This document shows, in pieces, positions 1-8,318 of a stretch of 64,000 nucleotides of DNA. The DNA comes from Candidatus Micrarchaeota archaeon (GTDB lineage Archaea; Micrarchaeota; Micrarchaeia; Anstonellales; Anstonellaceae). The position numbers and the translations under genes are program-made. Location of the stretch: assembly GCA_021814005.1 (NCBI GenBank), contig JAKAJC010000001.1, forward strand, positions 5,379 through 69,378, in the 5' to 3' direction. A model generated the notes under the pieces. It ran no database searches and was not told the DNA's origin. It was given only the letters and a program-made list of their open reading frames with translations. Each line of letters begins with the position of its first letter. Within the stretch, counting starts at the first letter, position 1.

Positions 1-36
1 TTTAATTTATTTTGATTATTTTTTCTTTTGCAATTT

Positions 37-1584
37 CTATTTTTTCGGCTGCTTTGACATGTAATTTGAATAAGATTCGCCCGAGTGGAACCTGCCCCTA
101 TACTCTTCATAATGCAAGAATTTTGCCACGGCGCGAAGCGCGGAAGAGGGCGAAGGATAGGTCGGAATTCCATAGCCGTCCAGTATGCGCCTATGAAGCT
201 CTGTGTATTCGCCGCCCGTGCTGACAACGACAATCGGCTTGGTGCGGGCCTGCGCGGCCTTTACCAGCACATTGACAACCGAAGAATCAAGCGCTGCGGT
301 CTGGAACAAAACAATTGCCACCAGCACGTCCACATTGGGGTCTTTCATCAGAATGGAGAGAGCTCTTTCATATCTTGCAGCATCCGCGTCGCCCACAATA
401 TCCATTGGATTACGGGGCGTGGTGTAGGCGGGCAGCATGGCTTTGAGGGCCGAGAGGGATTCTGAAGAGAAAATGGCCAGCTGCAGGCCTTCGGCCTCGA
501 CAGAATCAGCGGCCAGCACGCCGTTTCCTCCTCCATTGGTAAGAATGCCTATGCGCGAGCCCGAAGCGGGCGGCAGGGCGAATATTTTTGCAAAATCAAA
601 CAATTCCTCCAGAGTTTCTGCCTCCAGAGCGCCGACCTGCTCAAATGCTGCAGAATACACTTCGGCAGCGCCGGCCAGTGAGCCGGTGTGGGATGCGGCT
701 GCGGCAGCGCCCTGCTTTGATTTGCCTGCCTTGAGCACGACAAGAGGTTTGCTTTCGGTAAGCGTGCGGGCTGAATCCATAAACAAGCGGCCGTCTTTGA
801 CGCCTTCCATATAGGAGACAACCGCCTGCGTGCTGTCGTCATGTGTCAAATAGCGGAGCAAATGCCCCTCGTTGATTACGGTTGCGTTGCCGTAAGAAAC
901 AAATTTTGACATGCCCACGCCGGCGCGGGCGGCTAAATCCACAATGCAACCGCCAACCGCGCCTGACTGGGAAATGAATGCAATGCTGCCGGCGTGCGGC
1001 CGGCCCATCTTGTAGATAGGCAAAAAGACCGAGTCAACGCGCGCGGCCGGATTGAGCACGCCCATGCAGTTCGGGCCAATCATGGCCAAATCAGCGTCAA
1101 GGCAGATTTTGCGCACGCGCTCCTCTGCCTGCAGATTGCCGACTTCGGCAAATCCGCCAGTGATTACAACGGCGGCGCGTGCGCCGGCCTGAATGGAATC
1201 GCGCAGGGCGTCTTCCACAAATTGTTCTGGCACCGCAACCAGCGCGCAGTCAACAGACGGCGCATCAGACGCGTGCTTTATCGTTTCCACTCCGAGCACG
1301 TCGGGTGTGTGGGGGTTGACAGCATAAACGGGGCCGTCAAAGCCGCCCTCAAGGAAATTGCGCAAAATCACGTGCCCGATTTTCTGCGGCTCGCGGCTGG
1401 CGCCGATGACTGCAACGCTTTTTGGGTGGAAAACCGCCTCAAGATTTCGGATGAGGCGCGGAAGATGCTTTTTGGCAGAAGCCGATTCGGCAGAGCTTGT
1501 GTATTTGCCTGCTCCGACAAACATGCCGTCGCTGCCCACGAACGGGCCGCGCGCAGGCGATTTGGAATTTTGTTTGGAGCCCAT
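37..1584 (-). CDS. acdA: ADP-forming acetyl-CoA synthetase (ACD) alpha subunit (CoA-binding plus CoA-ligase domains)
   Basis: 515-aa ORF with 'KSVAVIGASREPQKIGHVILRNF', 'GPNCMGV' and 'FISQSGA' motifs typical of the ACD-alpha / succinyl-CoA-ligase-like fold. The start is uncertain because there are several in-frame Met codons. Confidence 0.8.
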   Translation of the reverse strand: MGSKQNSKSPARGPFVGSDGMFVGAGKYTSSAESASAKKHLPRLIRNLEAVFHPKSVAVIGASREPQKIGHVILRNFLEGGFDGPVYAVNPHTPDVLGVETIKHASDAPSVDCALVAVPEQFVEDALRDSIQAGARAAVVITGGFAEVGNLQAEERVRKICLDADLAMIGPNCMGVLNPAARVDSVFLPIYKMGRPHAGSIAFISQSGAVGGCIVDLAARAGVGMSKFVSYGNATVINEGHLLRYLTHDDSTQAVVSYMEGVKDGRLFMDSARTLTESKPLVVLKAGKSKQGAAAAASHTGSLAGAAEVYSAAFEQVGALEAETLEELFDFAKIFALPPASGSRIGILTNGGGNGVLAADSVEAEGLQLAIFSSESLSALKAMLPAYTTPRNPMDIVGDADAARYERALSILMKDPNVDVLVAIVLFQTAALDSSVVNVLVKAAQARTKPIVVVSTGGEYTELHRRILDGYGIPTYPSPSSALRAVAKFLHYEEYRGRFHSGESYSNYMSKQPKK

Positions 1585-1594
1585 GTCCGACCTC

Positions 1595-2236
1595 TTATCT
1601 TATGACTCTAGAGTCGGCGGCCCACAGGCCGTCGTTTCGCACCAGCAGCGGGTTTATGTCCAGCTCGCTGATTTTCTCGCGCACCATCATCTTCGAAACG
1701 CTTGTGATGATTTTTATCAGGGCGCCCTCGTCAATCGGCTTGCTGCCGCGCGCGCCCGCAAGAATGGGATAACATTTGAGAGAGCGCAGCATTTCACGCG
1801 CATCCCACCCGCTCACCGGGCAGATGCGCAAAGACGCGTCGCGCAGCACCTCTGTATAGACGCCGCCCAAACCCAAGAGCACCACGGGCCCGAACTGCGG
1901 GTCGAGCCGCCCGCCGATGATGAGCTCGGCGCGGCCGGGCCTAAATGCCTGCACCAAAACAGAACCGCTTGCGTCTATTTTCATAAGCCGTGCAAATTCT
2001 TTTTCAACCTGCTCGGCCGAGCGCAGGTCAAGGCTGAGCGCGCCGGCGTCGGTTTTGTGCAATATTTTTGATGAAACAAGCTTGAGGGCGACAGGAAAGC
2101 CCATGCGCGAGGCGGCGCGGACTGCCTCTGCCGGAGTTTTGGCATTAGCGTGCGCAAGAACGGGAATGTTGTAATGCTCAAGCAAATCAAAGTCCATGGA
2201 GCGCGGCTTTGACGCGTTGGAAGAAGCCGGGCGCAA
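1595..2236 (-). CDS. acdB: ADP-forming acetyl-CoA synthetase beta subunit (ATP-grasp domain)
   Basis: 213-aa ORF 10 nt upstream of acdA on the same strand. ATP-grasp-like 'GFPVALKLVSSKILHKTDAGA' and a C-terminal 'LDINPLLV' as in ACD beta. Confidence 0.7.
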   Translation of the reverse strand: MRPASSNASKPRSMDFDLLEHYNIPVLAHANAKTPAEAVRAASRMGFPVALKLVSSKILHKTDAGALSLDLRSAEQVEKEFARLMKIDASGSVLVQAFRPGRAELIIGGRLDPQFGPVVLLGLGGVYTEVLRDASLRICPVSGWDAREMLRSLKCYPILAGARGSKPIDEGALIKIITSVSKMMVREKISELDINPLLVRNDGLWAADSRVIR

Positions 2237-2263
2237 TGAAACGGCAGAAATATGCTCACCTGT

Positions 2264-3235
2264 TTATTGCGCGCCCATGGCCCTGCTGGCAAGACCGCTG
2301 AACACGGCAAACAATATGACGATGAACAAGATGAACAAGAGGAAGAGGAAGGGCAGGTAGGCGCGGGCATAGAACTCGATTTTCGAGAGAAGCATCGCCC
2401 CCCTGTCAAGTTTTATTTCGCCTGAATCTGCCTGCGCGCTTGCGCCCGGCACTGCCATCAAACCCCGCGGGGGTGAGACGGGGGCTGCGCCGGTTGCTGG
2501 CGCGGGTGCTGCTGCGCCAGAATTCTGCGCCTGCTTTTGCTGTGCTGCGTTTGGAACCGAAGCGGGAATGGAAGAACCTGGGGCGATTGGCGCGGCCGAG
2601 GCCGGCACCGGAGTGCTTTTCGGCCTGCCCAAGCCCCTGATAATGTCCTCGATATCGTCGGCTGCGGAGCGGGCTTTTGTTGCCGGCACATTTGTTACCT
2701 GCTTTGCGCCTGCTGCGGCGCCAGCTGAGCCTGCGCTTCCGGCCGCGCCTGCTGGCGCGCCCTCGGGCGGCCTCCATGTCGCGCTGCCGGCAATAATGAA
2801 GCCTTTTTCTGTGAGCGAGAGAAACACGCGGCCCGAGCGGACCTCGTGGTCAACATAATCCTGCATTTTGAGCTTGTGAAGATGAAGCGCGAGGTCGCGG
2901 CCGCGCACGTTGAGGGCCTGCTGCAAGGAATTCAAATCCCGCATGCCCGCGCCGATGGCGGAGAGAGCCGCCTTGTCGAGCGCGTCAAGCGGCTCGGAGG
3001 CCTTCTGCATCGCCATGGCCAGAAAATCCTGCCCGTCGCCGGTGATTACAAGCGGCGAATGGCCGGCGATGGAGGAATGGATGTCCACAAGGCCCTTGAT
3101 TTTCATGGTGCCCAAAAGATTGGCGGTCTCGAAAAAGGACGTGTTTATTGTGCTTCCGAACCTCTCGACGGTGGATTCGGCGTCCATCTTGCGCAAAACT
3201 ATAAGGTCCAGATAGTTGATTTCGTCGGCCATCAA
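2264..3235 (-). CDS. Hypothetical protein: N-terminal winged-helix-like domains, Ala/Pro/Gly-rich linker, C-terminal TM anchor
   Basis: 323-aa ORF with a globular N-terminal half, a long low-complexity linker (AGAAGSAGSAGAAAGA...PAPATGAAP) and one hydrophobic helix at the extreme C-terminus (YLPFLFLLFILFIVILFAVFSGL). I recognise no family. Confidence 0.5.
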   Translation of the reverse strand: MMADEINYLDLIVLRKMDAESTVERFGSTINTSFFETANLLGTMKIKGLVDIHSSIAGHSPLVITGDGQDFLAMAMQKASEPLDALDKAALSAIGAGMRDLNSLQQALNVRGRDLALHLHKLKMQDYVDHEVRSGRVFLSLTEKGFIIAGSATWRPPEGAPAGAAGSAGSAGAAAGAKQVTNVPATKARSAADDIEDIIRGLGRPKSTPVPASAAPIAPGSSIPASVPNAAQQKQAQNSGAAAPAPATGAAPVSPPRGLMAVPGASAQADSGEIKLDRGAMLLSKIEFYARAYLPFLFLLFILFIVILFAVFSGLASRAMGAQ

Positions 3236-3293
3236 GAGGCAAAAGAGGACTAGGTTTTAAAACCGAACGTCTGCAACGCCGTTTTAGGCCCCC

Positions 3294-4145
3294 ATGGCCG
3301 CAAGCCTTATTCCGCCGACCGCAAGCCGTATTAAGGGCAGATTCGTATGGATAAACGGGGGGAACATGCTCGAATCATTCTACAAACCTCAGGGGAATTC
3401 ATCGCTCCTGCTTCGGGGTGCCCAGCCAAAAGACAGAGTATGCGCCAACTCCGCGGTTGCCACATATCTTGTGAAGGCGTTTTATCGGGGCGCCAGATTC
3501 AGGCAGACAATTATGCCTATTCTTCATTCATGGCCGACCGGGATGCAGCCGCGGATACAGCTGGCGATTGAGACAGTCTGCAGCAGCCCGCATCTTACAG
3601 ACGAGCAGCGGAAGGCTGTCGGTGAGGTCGCGCTGGCGCTGTGGAGAGCCAGCGGGAACCGCATGCTAAAAGACGACGTGACGCCCGAGCCGATGCACGC
3701 GCTCGGCGTGGCCTTGCGCGTCGAGAGAATGCGCGTAAAATACGGCTTCGGTTTTGAAATCACTCTTGCCGCCATCATGCACGACGCGGTGGAAGACGGC
3801 CTTCTAAACACGGAACAAATTGACATGCTTGTAAGAAAGACAGCCGGCAGCCGGCGGCTCGCTGCGCGCGTGAGCAGATGGGCAAGCATGATGAGCCATG
3901 CGCCGCACATCAAAAACGAGGAATATGCCGCTCACATGGAGATGGTGATGGCAGAACCGGCCACCCGTCTGATTAAGGTCTGCGACATGCTTGACAGACA
4001 CACCCGGCTGGGCACGAACGGGCTGCGCGAAAGCGAGCTGGACAAAACACTCATCATGCTCGGCATGCTTTACCAAAAGTATGACATACAACTTGGCGCA
4101 GTGCTCGAAAATTCGGCCAGACGATTCGGCCTTCTGCCCCACTAA
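3294..4145 (+). CDS. HD-domain protein, RelA/SpoT-type (p)ppGpp-hydrolase-like (small alarmone hydrolase-like)
   Basis: 'PMHALGVAL...LAAIMHDAVEDG...LIKVCDMLDRHTRL' matches the H..HD..ED..D..N/H pattern of the RSH hydrolase (HD_4) domain. The true start is probably internal (Met at 3366 or 3513). Confidence 0.6.
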   Translation: MAASLIPPTASRIKGRFVWINGGNMLESFYKPQGNSSLLLRGAQPKDRVCANSAVATYLVKAFYRGARFRQTIMPILHSWPTGMQPRIQLAIETVCSSPHLTDEQRKAVGEVALALWRASGNRMLKDDVTPEPMHALGVALRVERMRVKYGFGFEITLAAIMHDAVEDGLLNTEQIDMLVRKTAGSRRLAARVSRWASMMSHAPHIKNEEYAAHMEMVMAEPATRLIKVCDMLDRHTRLGTNGLRESELDKTLIMLGMLYQKYDIQLGAVLENSARRFGLLPH

Positions 4146-4236
4146 AGAACAGGATTGATTTTCTTCCCGCAGGCCGCAGAACAAAATTGAATTTCTTCCC
4201 GCAAATTACAGAACAAGATTGATTTTCTCCCCGCAG
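4146..4236. repeat. 3 x 32-bp tandem repeat (AGAACArrATTGAwTTTCTyCCCGCAr + 5 nt)
   Basis: Units start at 4146, 4178 and 4210. The third unit encodes the last 9 codons plus the stop of the minus-strand radical-SAM gene. The other two fill the convergent intergenic gap up to the HD gene stop (4145). Confidence 0.85.
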
Positions 4237-5378
4237 TTCGGGCAGGGCGGGTCGCGCGTGTTTTTGAATTCTTTTTTGTCAAACACGTTTTTTTCTATGC
4301 CGAACCGGTTGCGGGCAATCAGCAGCTCATTGCATTTTGGGCAATGGGTGTCCTCGCCGCCCTCCAGAGTGGTGTTTCCGATATAGACATATTTGAGGCC
4401 AGCATCAAGCGCAAGCTCTTTTGCCCTCTCCAGCCGTTTGAGGTCTGTCGGCGGAATGTTGTTCATGCGGAAATTGGGGAAAAATCTGCTGAAATGAAGA
4501 GGAATGTCGGGAGAAACCCCAGCCATGAATGAAGCAACCTCGCGCAAGTCGTCGTCTGAATCATTTTCTTTCGGGATAACAAGATTGATTACTTCGAGAT
4601 GAATTGGCCATTCCTTGTTTTTGCGCAAAGCGGCCACGCGCTTAATCGATTCCTGCACGCGCGTCACGTGCCCGCCGCATATTTCGGCGTATTTCTCGTC
4701 ATTCATGAACTTGAGGTCAATGCGAATCGCTGAAAGAAGCTTTTCCTTCACCACCAAGTCGAGCATTTCTTTTGTGAAATAGCCGTTCGACACAAACACA
4801 TGGAAAAATTCTTTTCCCAATTTTTTCTCTTTCTGTTTTTTGCGGCATTCCATTATTGTGTCATATGCATATTCGAAGAAAATGGTCGGCTCGGAATAGG
4901 TGTAAGCAACGCCATCAACCTTCTCCCGCACGGCTGCGTCCGAAATCATTTGGGGGGTGACGAGCGGAACCTGCAGGGCGGCCGGCCCGAACTGCTTTAC
5001 CGCCTGCGAAAGAGTCCAGTTCTGGCAGTTGAGGCAGCGGAAATTGCATCCCGGCGCGCCGAAAGAAAGCAAAGAAGAGCCTGGCTTGAGATGGAAAAAC
5101 GGCTTTTTCTCAATCGGGTCTATTGCCAGCCCTTCGGCCTTGCCCCAGTTGAGGGTGACCAGCTTGCCGCCCTCGTTTTTGCGGATAAGGCAGGTGCCGA
5201 CGTCTCCGTCCTTGATTATGCAGTAATGGGCGCACAAATCGCAGCGCAGCACATTTTTTTGCGGCAATTTTGGCAGAGGGTGCCATAGCTGCGCGGGCCG
5301 GCTTTCGCCCGAATACCCCAGCGCCAGCCGCTTTTCCCGCTCAATTTCGGCGGCTGAAAATCCCCGATTTTCTGCCAT
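4206..5378 (-). CDS. amrS: Radical SAM enzyme, AmmeMemoRadiSam-system type (pyruvate-formate-lyase-activase-like) with C-terminal zinc ribbon
   Basis: 'GCNFRCLNCQNW' CX3CX2C cluster motif, N-terminal 'CDLCAHYCIIKDGDVGTC' and C-terminal 'HCPKC...CPNCG'. Start set at the ATG at 5378 (MAENRGF); the 614-aa track ORF over-extends into the upstream gene. Confidence 0.8.
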   Translation of the reverse strand: MAENRGFSAAEIEREKRLALGYSGESRPAQLWHPLPKLPQKNVLRCDLCAHYCIIKDGDVGTCLIRKNEGGKLVTLNWGKAEGLAIDPIEKKPFFHLKPGSSLLSFGAPGCNFRCLNCQNWTLSQAVKQFGPAALQVPLVTPQMISDAAVREKVDGVAYTYSEPTIFFEYAYDTIMECRKKQKEKKLGKEFFHVFVSNGYFTKEMLDLVVKEKLLSAIRIDLKFMNDEKYAEICGGHVTRVQESIKRVAALRKNKEWPIHLEVINLVIPKENDSDDDLREVASFMAGVSPDIPLHFSRFFPNFRMNNIPPTDLKRLERAKELALDAGLKYVYIGNTTLEGGEDTHCPKCNELLIARNRFGIEKNVFDKKEFKNTRDPPCPNCGEKINLVL

Positions 5379-5380
5379 GG

Positions 5381-5956
5381 TCAGTTGTCTGTGTTGACGA
5401 ACTGTATATTTGTTGGCCTTGCCAAATCCTGGGCAGTGACAACGTAATCCACGCATGTGAGTGACATGCCCGCGGCCGAAGCGTCCTGCGGCAGGCCTTC
5501 GGTCAGGAATGGAGAGGGCGATGTCGACACGCCGCCCACTGGCATTCCGGGCGAGAGGACGTATATCTTGTCCCCTTCCTGCCAGCTGGTGGTTGTGAGC
5601 TGTCCGTTGTAGTATGTAATCATTTTGAAGTGAGTCACGTCTCTGAAAAGATACTCGGTCGAGAGAGTGCTTGAGTTGAATATGCACCTGCGGTTGGTGT
5701 AACTGATTACCTGCGGCCCGGAACCCCCGGCCCCGCCGCTTCCCGCTCCCGCACCCGAAGCGCCGCCGGCTCCGCCCTGTCCTGCACCATAATCTGATGG
5801 CGGCACAGGCTGGCCGAAAGGCCCGGCGTTTGGATTGTATCCGCCCGCCGCGTAAGTCGTGTTGTTGTGCTGGGGCTGGCTTGCCTGATTCTGGGCGCAG
5901 CCGGCCATCACAAGCAATGCGACCAATACTGACATGACGAAAATAGCGTGTTTCAT
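5381..5956 (-). CDS. Secreted lipoprotein-like protein with Gly-rich tract
   Basis: 191 aa. Signal peptide plus lipobox-like 'LLVMAGC', then a QGGAGGASGAGAGSGGAGGSG tract and a C-terminal globular part. Its stop codon is 2 nt before the radical-SAM ATG, which suggests translational coupling. Confidence 0.65.
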   Translation of the reverse strand: MKHAIFVMSVLVALLVMAGCAQNQASQPQHNNTTYAAGGYNPNAGPFGQPVPPSDYGAGQGGAGGASGAGAGSGGAGGSGPQVISYTNRRCIFNSSTLSTEYLFRDVTHFKMITYYNGQLTTTSWQEGDKIYVLSPGMPVGGVSTSPSPFLTEGLPQDASAAGMSLTCVDYVVTAQDLARPTNIQFVNTDN

Positions 5957-6019
5957 GACATCCCTCGAAAGGGGTGTAGAAAGGGAAGAAATAAAAAAGG
6001 CGGGAAGGGGCGGGAAACA

Positions 6020-6208
6020 CTACTGCAAAAACAAATCCTCGATTTTGCATTTGAACGCGCGCGCGAGTGAGAAAGCCAGCGGCAGTGACGGGTCGTATTT
6101 CTCGTTCTCGATGGCGTTTATCGTCTGGCGCGAAACCTTCGCGATTTTGGCGAGGTCGTCCTGAGTCATGCGGTGCCGCGCGCGAAGTTCACGAAGTTTG
6201 TTTTTCAT
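6020..6208 (-). CDS. XRE-family helix-turn-helix transcriptional regulator (YozG-like)
   Basis: 'MKNKLRELRARHRMTQDDLAKIAKVSRQTINAIENEKYDPSLPLAFSLARAF' is a classic HTH_3 / HTH_26 sequence. Start taken at Met15 of the track ORF so that it does not overlap the upstream gene. Confidence 0.85.
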   Translation of the reverse strand: MKNKLRELRARHRMTQDDLAKIAKVSRQTINAIENEKYDPSLPLAFSLARAFKCKIEDLFLQ

Positions 6209-6233
6209 CAAAACTACCCCTAATCCGCGCTTC

Positions 6234-6698
6234 TTAATTCTCGCGCTCAAGCACGAGCAGGGTGACGCCTTTTGTGACGCCCATCAGCACCAAGAGGCCC
6301 ATCAAAACAAACCATTGCGGGTTCCACATAATGTCCCACGAGAATGGCGTTGTCTTGGCCGGCATGTTGGACAGCATGGAGAGTATGACATATGCTATCA
6401 GGGCGGCAACGGCCACGAACGAGGCATTGCGCTCGGCGATGAGCTGGTGCTTCTGCTCGCGCTCGTCAAGGCGGGAATAGACCGTGCGCATGATGTCGAT
6501 GAAGTCAAGCGCGACAACGGCCAGAAAGATTATCGAGGCCAGCATCTTGGCATCCTTGGCTATGGGCGAAGCCCAGACGGCGGAGATGATGAACGCGATG
6601 ACCGCGATATAGGCAAAGCCCTGCCAGCTCCTCACGCCAAGGCCCCAGCCGAATTTTCTGGGGGTGAACCATTCCGGTTTTCCAAACATAGATATCAC
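6234..6698 (-). CDS. Membrane protein (DUF2178-like, 4 TM) co-transcribed with the XRE regulator
   Basis: 154 aa with four hydrophobic helices. The membrane-protein plus small-XRE-regulator gene pair is a recurrent arrangement. Confidence 0.6.
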   Translation of the reverse strand: MISMFGKPEWFTPRKFGWGLGVRSWQGFAYIAVIAFIISAVWASPIAKDAKMLASIIFLAVVALDFIDIMRTVYSRLDEREQKHQLIAERNASFVAVAALIAYVILSMLSNMPAKTTPFSWDIMWNPQWFVLMGLLVLMGVTKGVTLLVLEREN

Positions 6699-6741
6699 CT
6701 GCGAATATCCATTTCGCCTGTTTCTCCCTCTTCGGGGAGAT

Positions 6742-6784
6742 GATGTAAAGTATATTTGACTAAAAGTATATAATACCTTACATC
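6742..6784. promoter_or_regulatory. Imperfect inverted repeat (GATGTAAAGTAT-N19-ATACCTTACATC) over AT-rich promoter-like sequence; candidate XRE operator
   Basis: 12-nt arms with one mismatch, located about 45-85 nt upstream of the minus-strand DUF2178/XRE operon start (6698). The spacer contains TATA-like TATATTT / GTATATAAT. Confidence 0.45.
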
Positions 6785-6808
6785 AGAAAAGATGAACCAT
6801 ACCCCATA

Positions 6809-6818
6809 TTTTATAAAT
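6809..6818 (+). promoter_or_regulatory. TATA-box-like element TTTTATAAAT
   Basis: Strong archaeal TATA consensus about 245 nt upstream of the beta-CASP gene ATG. It implies a long A-rich leader or an unannotated transcript. Confidence 0.35.
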
Positions 6819-7061
6819 TCAGTCCGCTGCAACTCATTCAAACTAAGAAAACAGGCAAGACAAAGGCCAAATTCGGTGGTTTGAAAAAACCCAAAAAAAC
6901 GAAACGATTGGAAAACACGACGCTAGTCGCTCTGGAGAAAAAGGGCGGCGTCGATACGCCCTAAAAAGGGCCTGCTGCCAAGGCGCAAAAAGATGCGCGT
7001 CTGGGGCAAAATACCAACCGATTCGCCTTTTGCCACAACTTGCCTGCCTAGAGGTTATACT

Positions 7062-8315
7062 ATGGAAATAGATTTTTTGGGCGCCGCCGCTGAAGTCGGC
7101 CGCTCCGCGATTTTGGTCGAGACAGACCATAACATAATGTTTGACTGCGGTCTGAAAATCCACAACAAAAAAGACCCGCATCTCTACCCGCTGCCCGCGC
7201 CCGTGCCTATTGACACCGTCGTGATTTCGCACGCGCACTTGGACCATGTCGGATTTTTGCCCTCGCTTTTCGAGCACAACAGCCCGCAGATTATCGCAAC
7301 CCCGCCCACGCGGGAAATCGGCGAGCTGCTGCTTCTGGACTCGGCCAAAATCATTATCGAGGAATACGGCACACTGCCCTACAAGCGCTCGTCGCACAAA
7401 AAGGCGATGGAATCTTTTCGCGTGACAGGCTATCACCAGCCAATCAAGCTCGACGACACCACGCTGACGCTTTTCGATGCCGGCCACATTCCGGGCGCCG
7501 CGCAGGCGCTGGTTGAATACGAGGGCAAACGCGTGCTCTACTCCGGCGACTACAAGCTGGCCGACACGAGGATGCACAATCCAGCCGAGAATGTCGGCGA
7601 GGTTGACGTGCTTATTACAGAGAGCACATATGCCAACCGCGACCACCCCAACCGCTCGGATTTGGAAGTGCAGCTCGCGCAGAGGGCACGCGAAGTCATC
7701 AATCAGGGCGGCCATCTGCTGCTGCCCGCTTTCGCCGTGGGCCGCACTCAGGAATTGATTTCCATTCTCAAAAGTCAGGACCCCAACCTCCCCATCTGGG
7801 TGGACGGAATGGGGGTGGAGGCCAGCCGCATAGTGGCGGGTTATCCGGGCTATATCAAGGATGCGCAGAAATTCCGCAAGCAACTTGAGTCAGTCAACAT
7901 CGTGCGCGAGCCGCGGGACAGAAGCAAGGTGCTCAAAGAGCCCTGCGTAATCATCTCGACGGCGGGCATGCTGCAGGGCGGACCGGCCCTCGGCTACCTG
8001 CTCTCGCTCTCCGACCAGTCTGAAATAGTTTTCACAGGCTATTCGGTGGACGGCACCAACGGCTACAATCTGCTGCAAAACGGCTATGTCGAGGTGGACG
8101 GAGAACAGGTGCGCCCGACAATTCCGGTGCGCTACCTCGACTTCTCGGCCCACGCCTCGCGCAGCGAGCTGTTCGCCTACGTCGAGCGCGCCAACCCCGA
8201 CAAGGTGTTCTGCATCCACGGCGACGCATCGAACTGCGCGCAGTTTGCAGAAGAGCTCAAAGTCGAAGGGTTTGACGCCTATGCGCCCAAACTCGGCGAG
8301 CGGATAAAAGTTTAG
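7062..8315 (+). CDS. Metallo-beta-lactamase / beta-CASP ribonuclease (archaeal CPSF-like, no KH domains)
   Basis: 'VVISHAHLDHVGFLP' (HxHxDH), 'DAGHIPGAA', a beta-CASP region and C-terminal 'FCIHGD'. The ATG at 7062 is preceded by GAGGT. Confidence 0.85.
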   Translation: MEIDFLGAAAEVGRSAILVETDHNIMFDCGLKIHNKKDPHLYPLPAPVPIDTVVISHAHLDHVGFLPSLFEHNSPQIIATPPTREIGELLLLDSAKIIIEEYGTLPYKRSSHKKAMESFRVTGYHQPIKLDDTTLTLFDAGHIPGAAQALVEYEGKRVLYSGDYKLADTRMHNPAENVGEVDVLITESTYANRDHPNRSDLEVQLAQRAREVINQGGHLLLPAFAVGRTQELISILKSQDPNLPIWVDGMGVEASRIVAGYPGYIKDAQKFRKQLESVNIVREPRDRSKVLKEPCVIISTAGMLQGGPALGYLLSLSDQSEIVFTGYSVDGTNGYNLLQNGYVEVDGEQVRPTIPVRYLDFSAHASRSELFAYVERANPDKVFCIHGDASNCAQFAEELKVEGFDAYAPKLGERIKV

Positions 8316-8318
8316 AAA

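Noticed and set aside
4146-4236. Possible mini-CRISPR array
   Set aside because: There are only three copies, the spacers are 5 nt, one copy is coding sequence, and no cas genes or leader are present. I treated it as a tandem repeat.
4206-6050. 614-aa ORF suggesting a very large radical-SAM protein
   Set aside because: The N-terminal 224 residues or so are Arg/Gly-rich with no features. They overlap, in another frame, a well-formed lipoprotein gene (5381-5956). The radical-SAM homology begins at the ATG at 5378.
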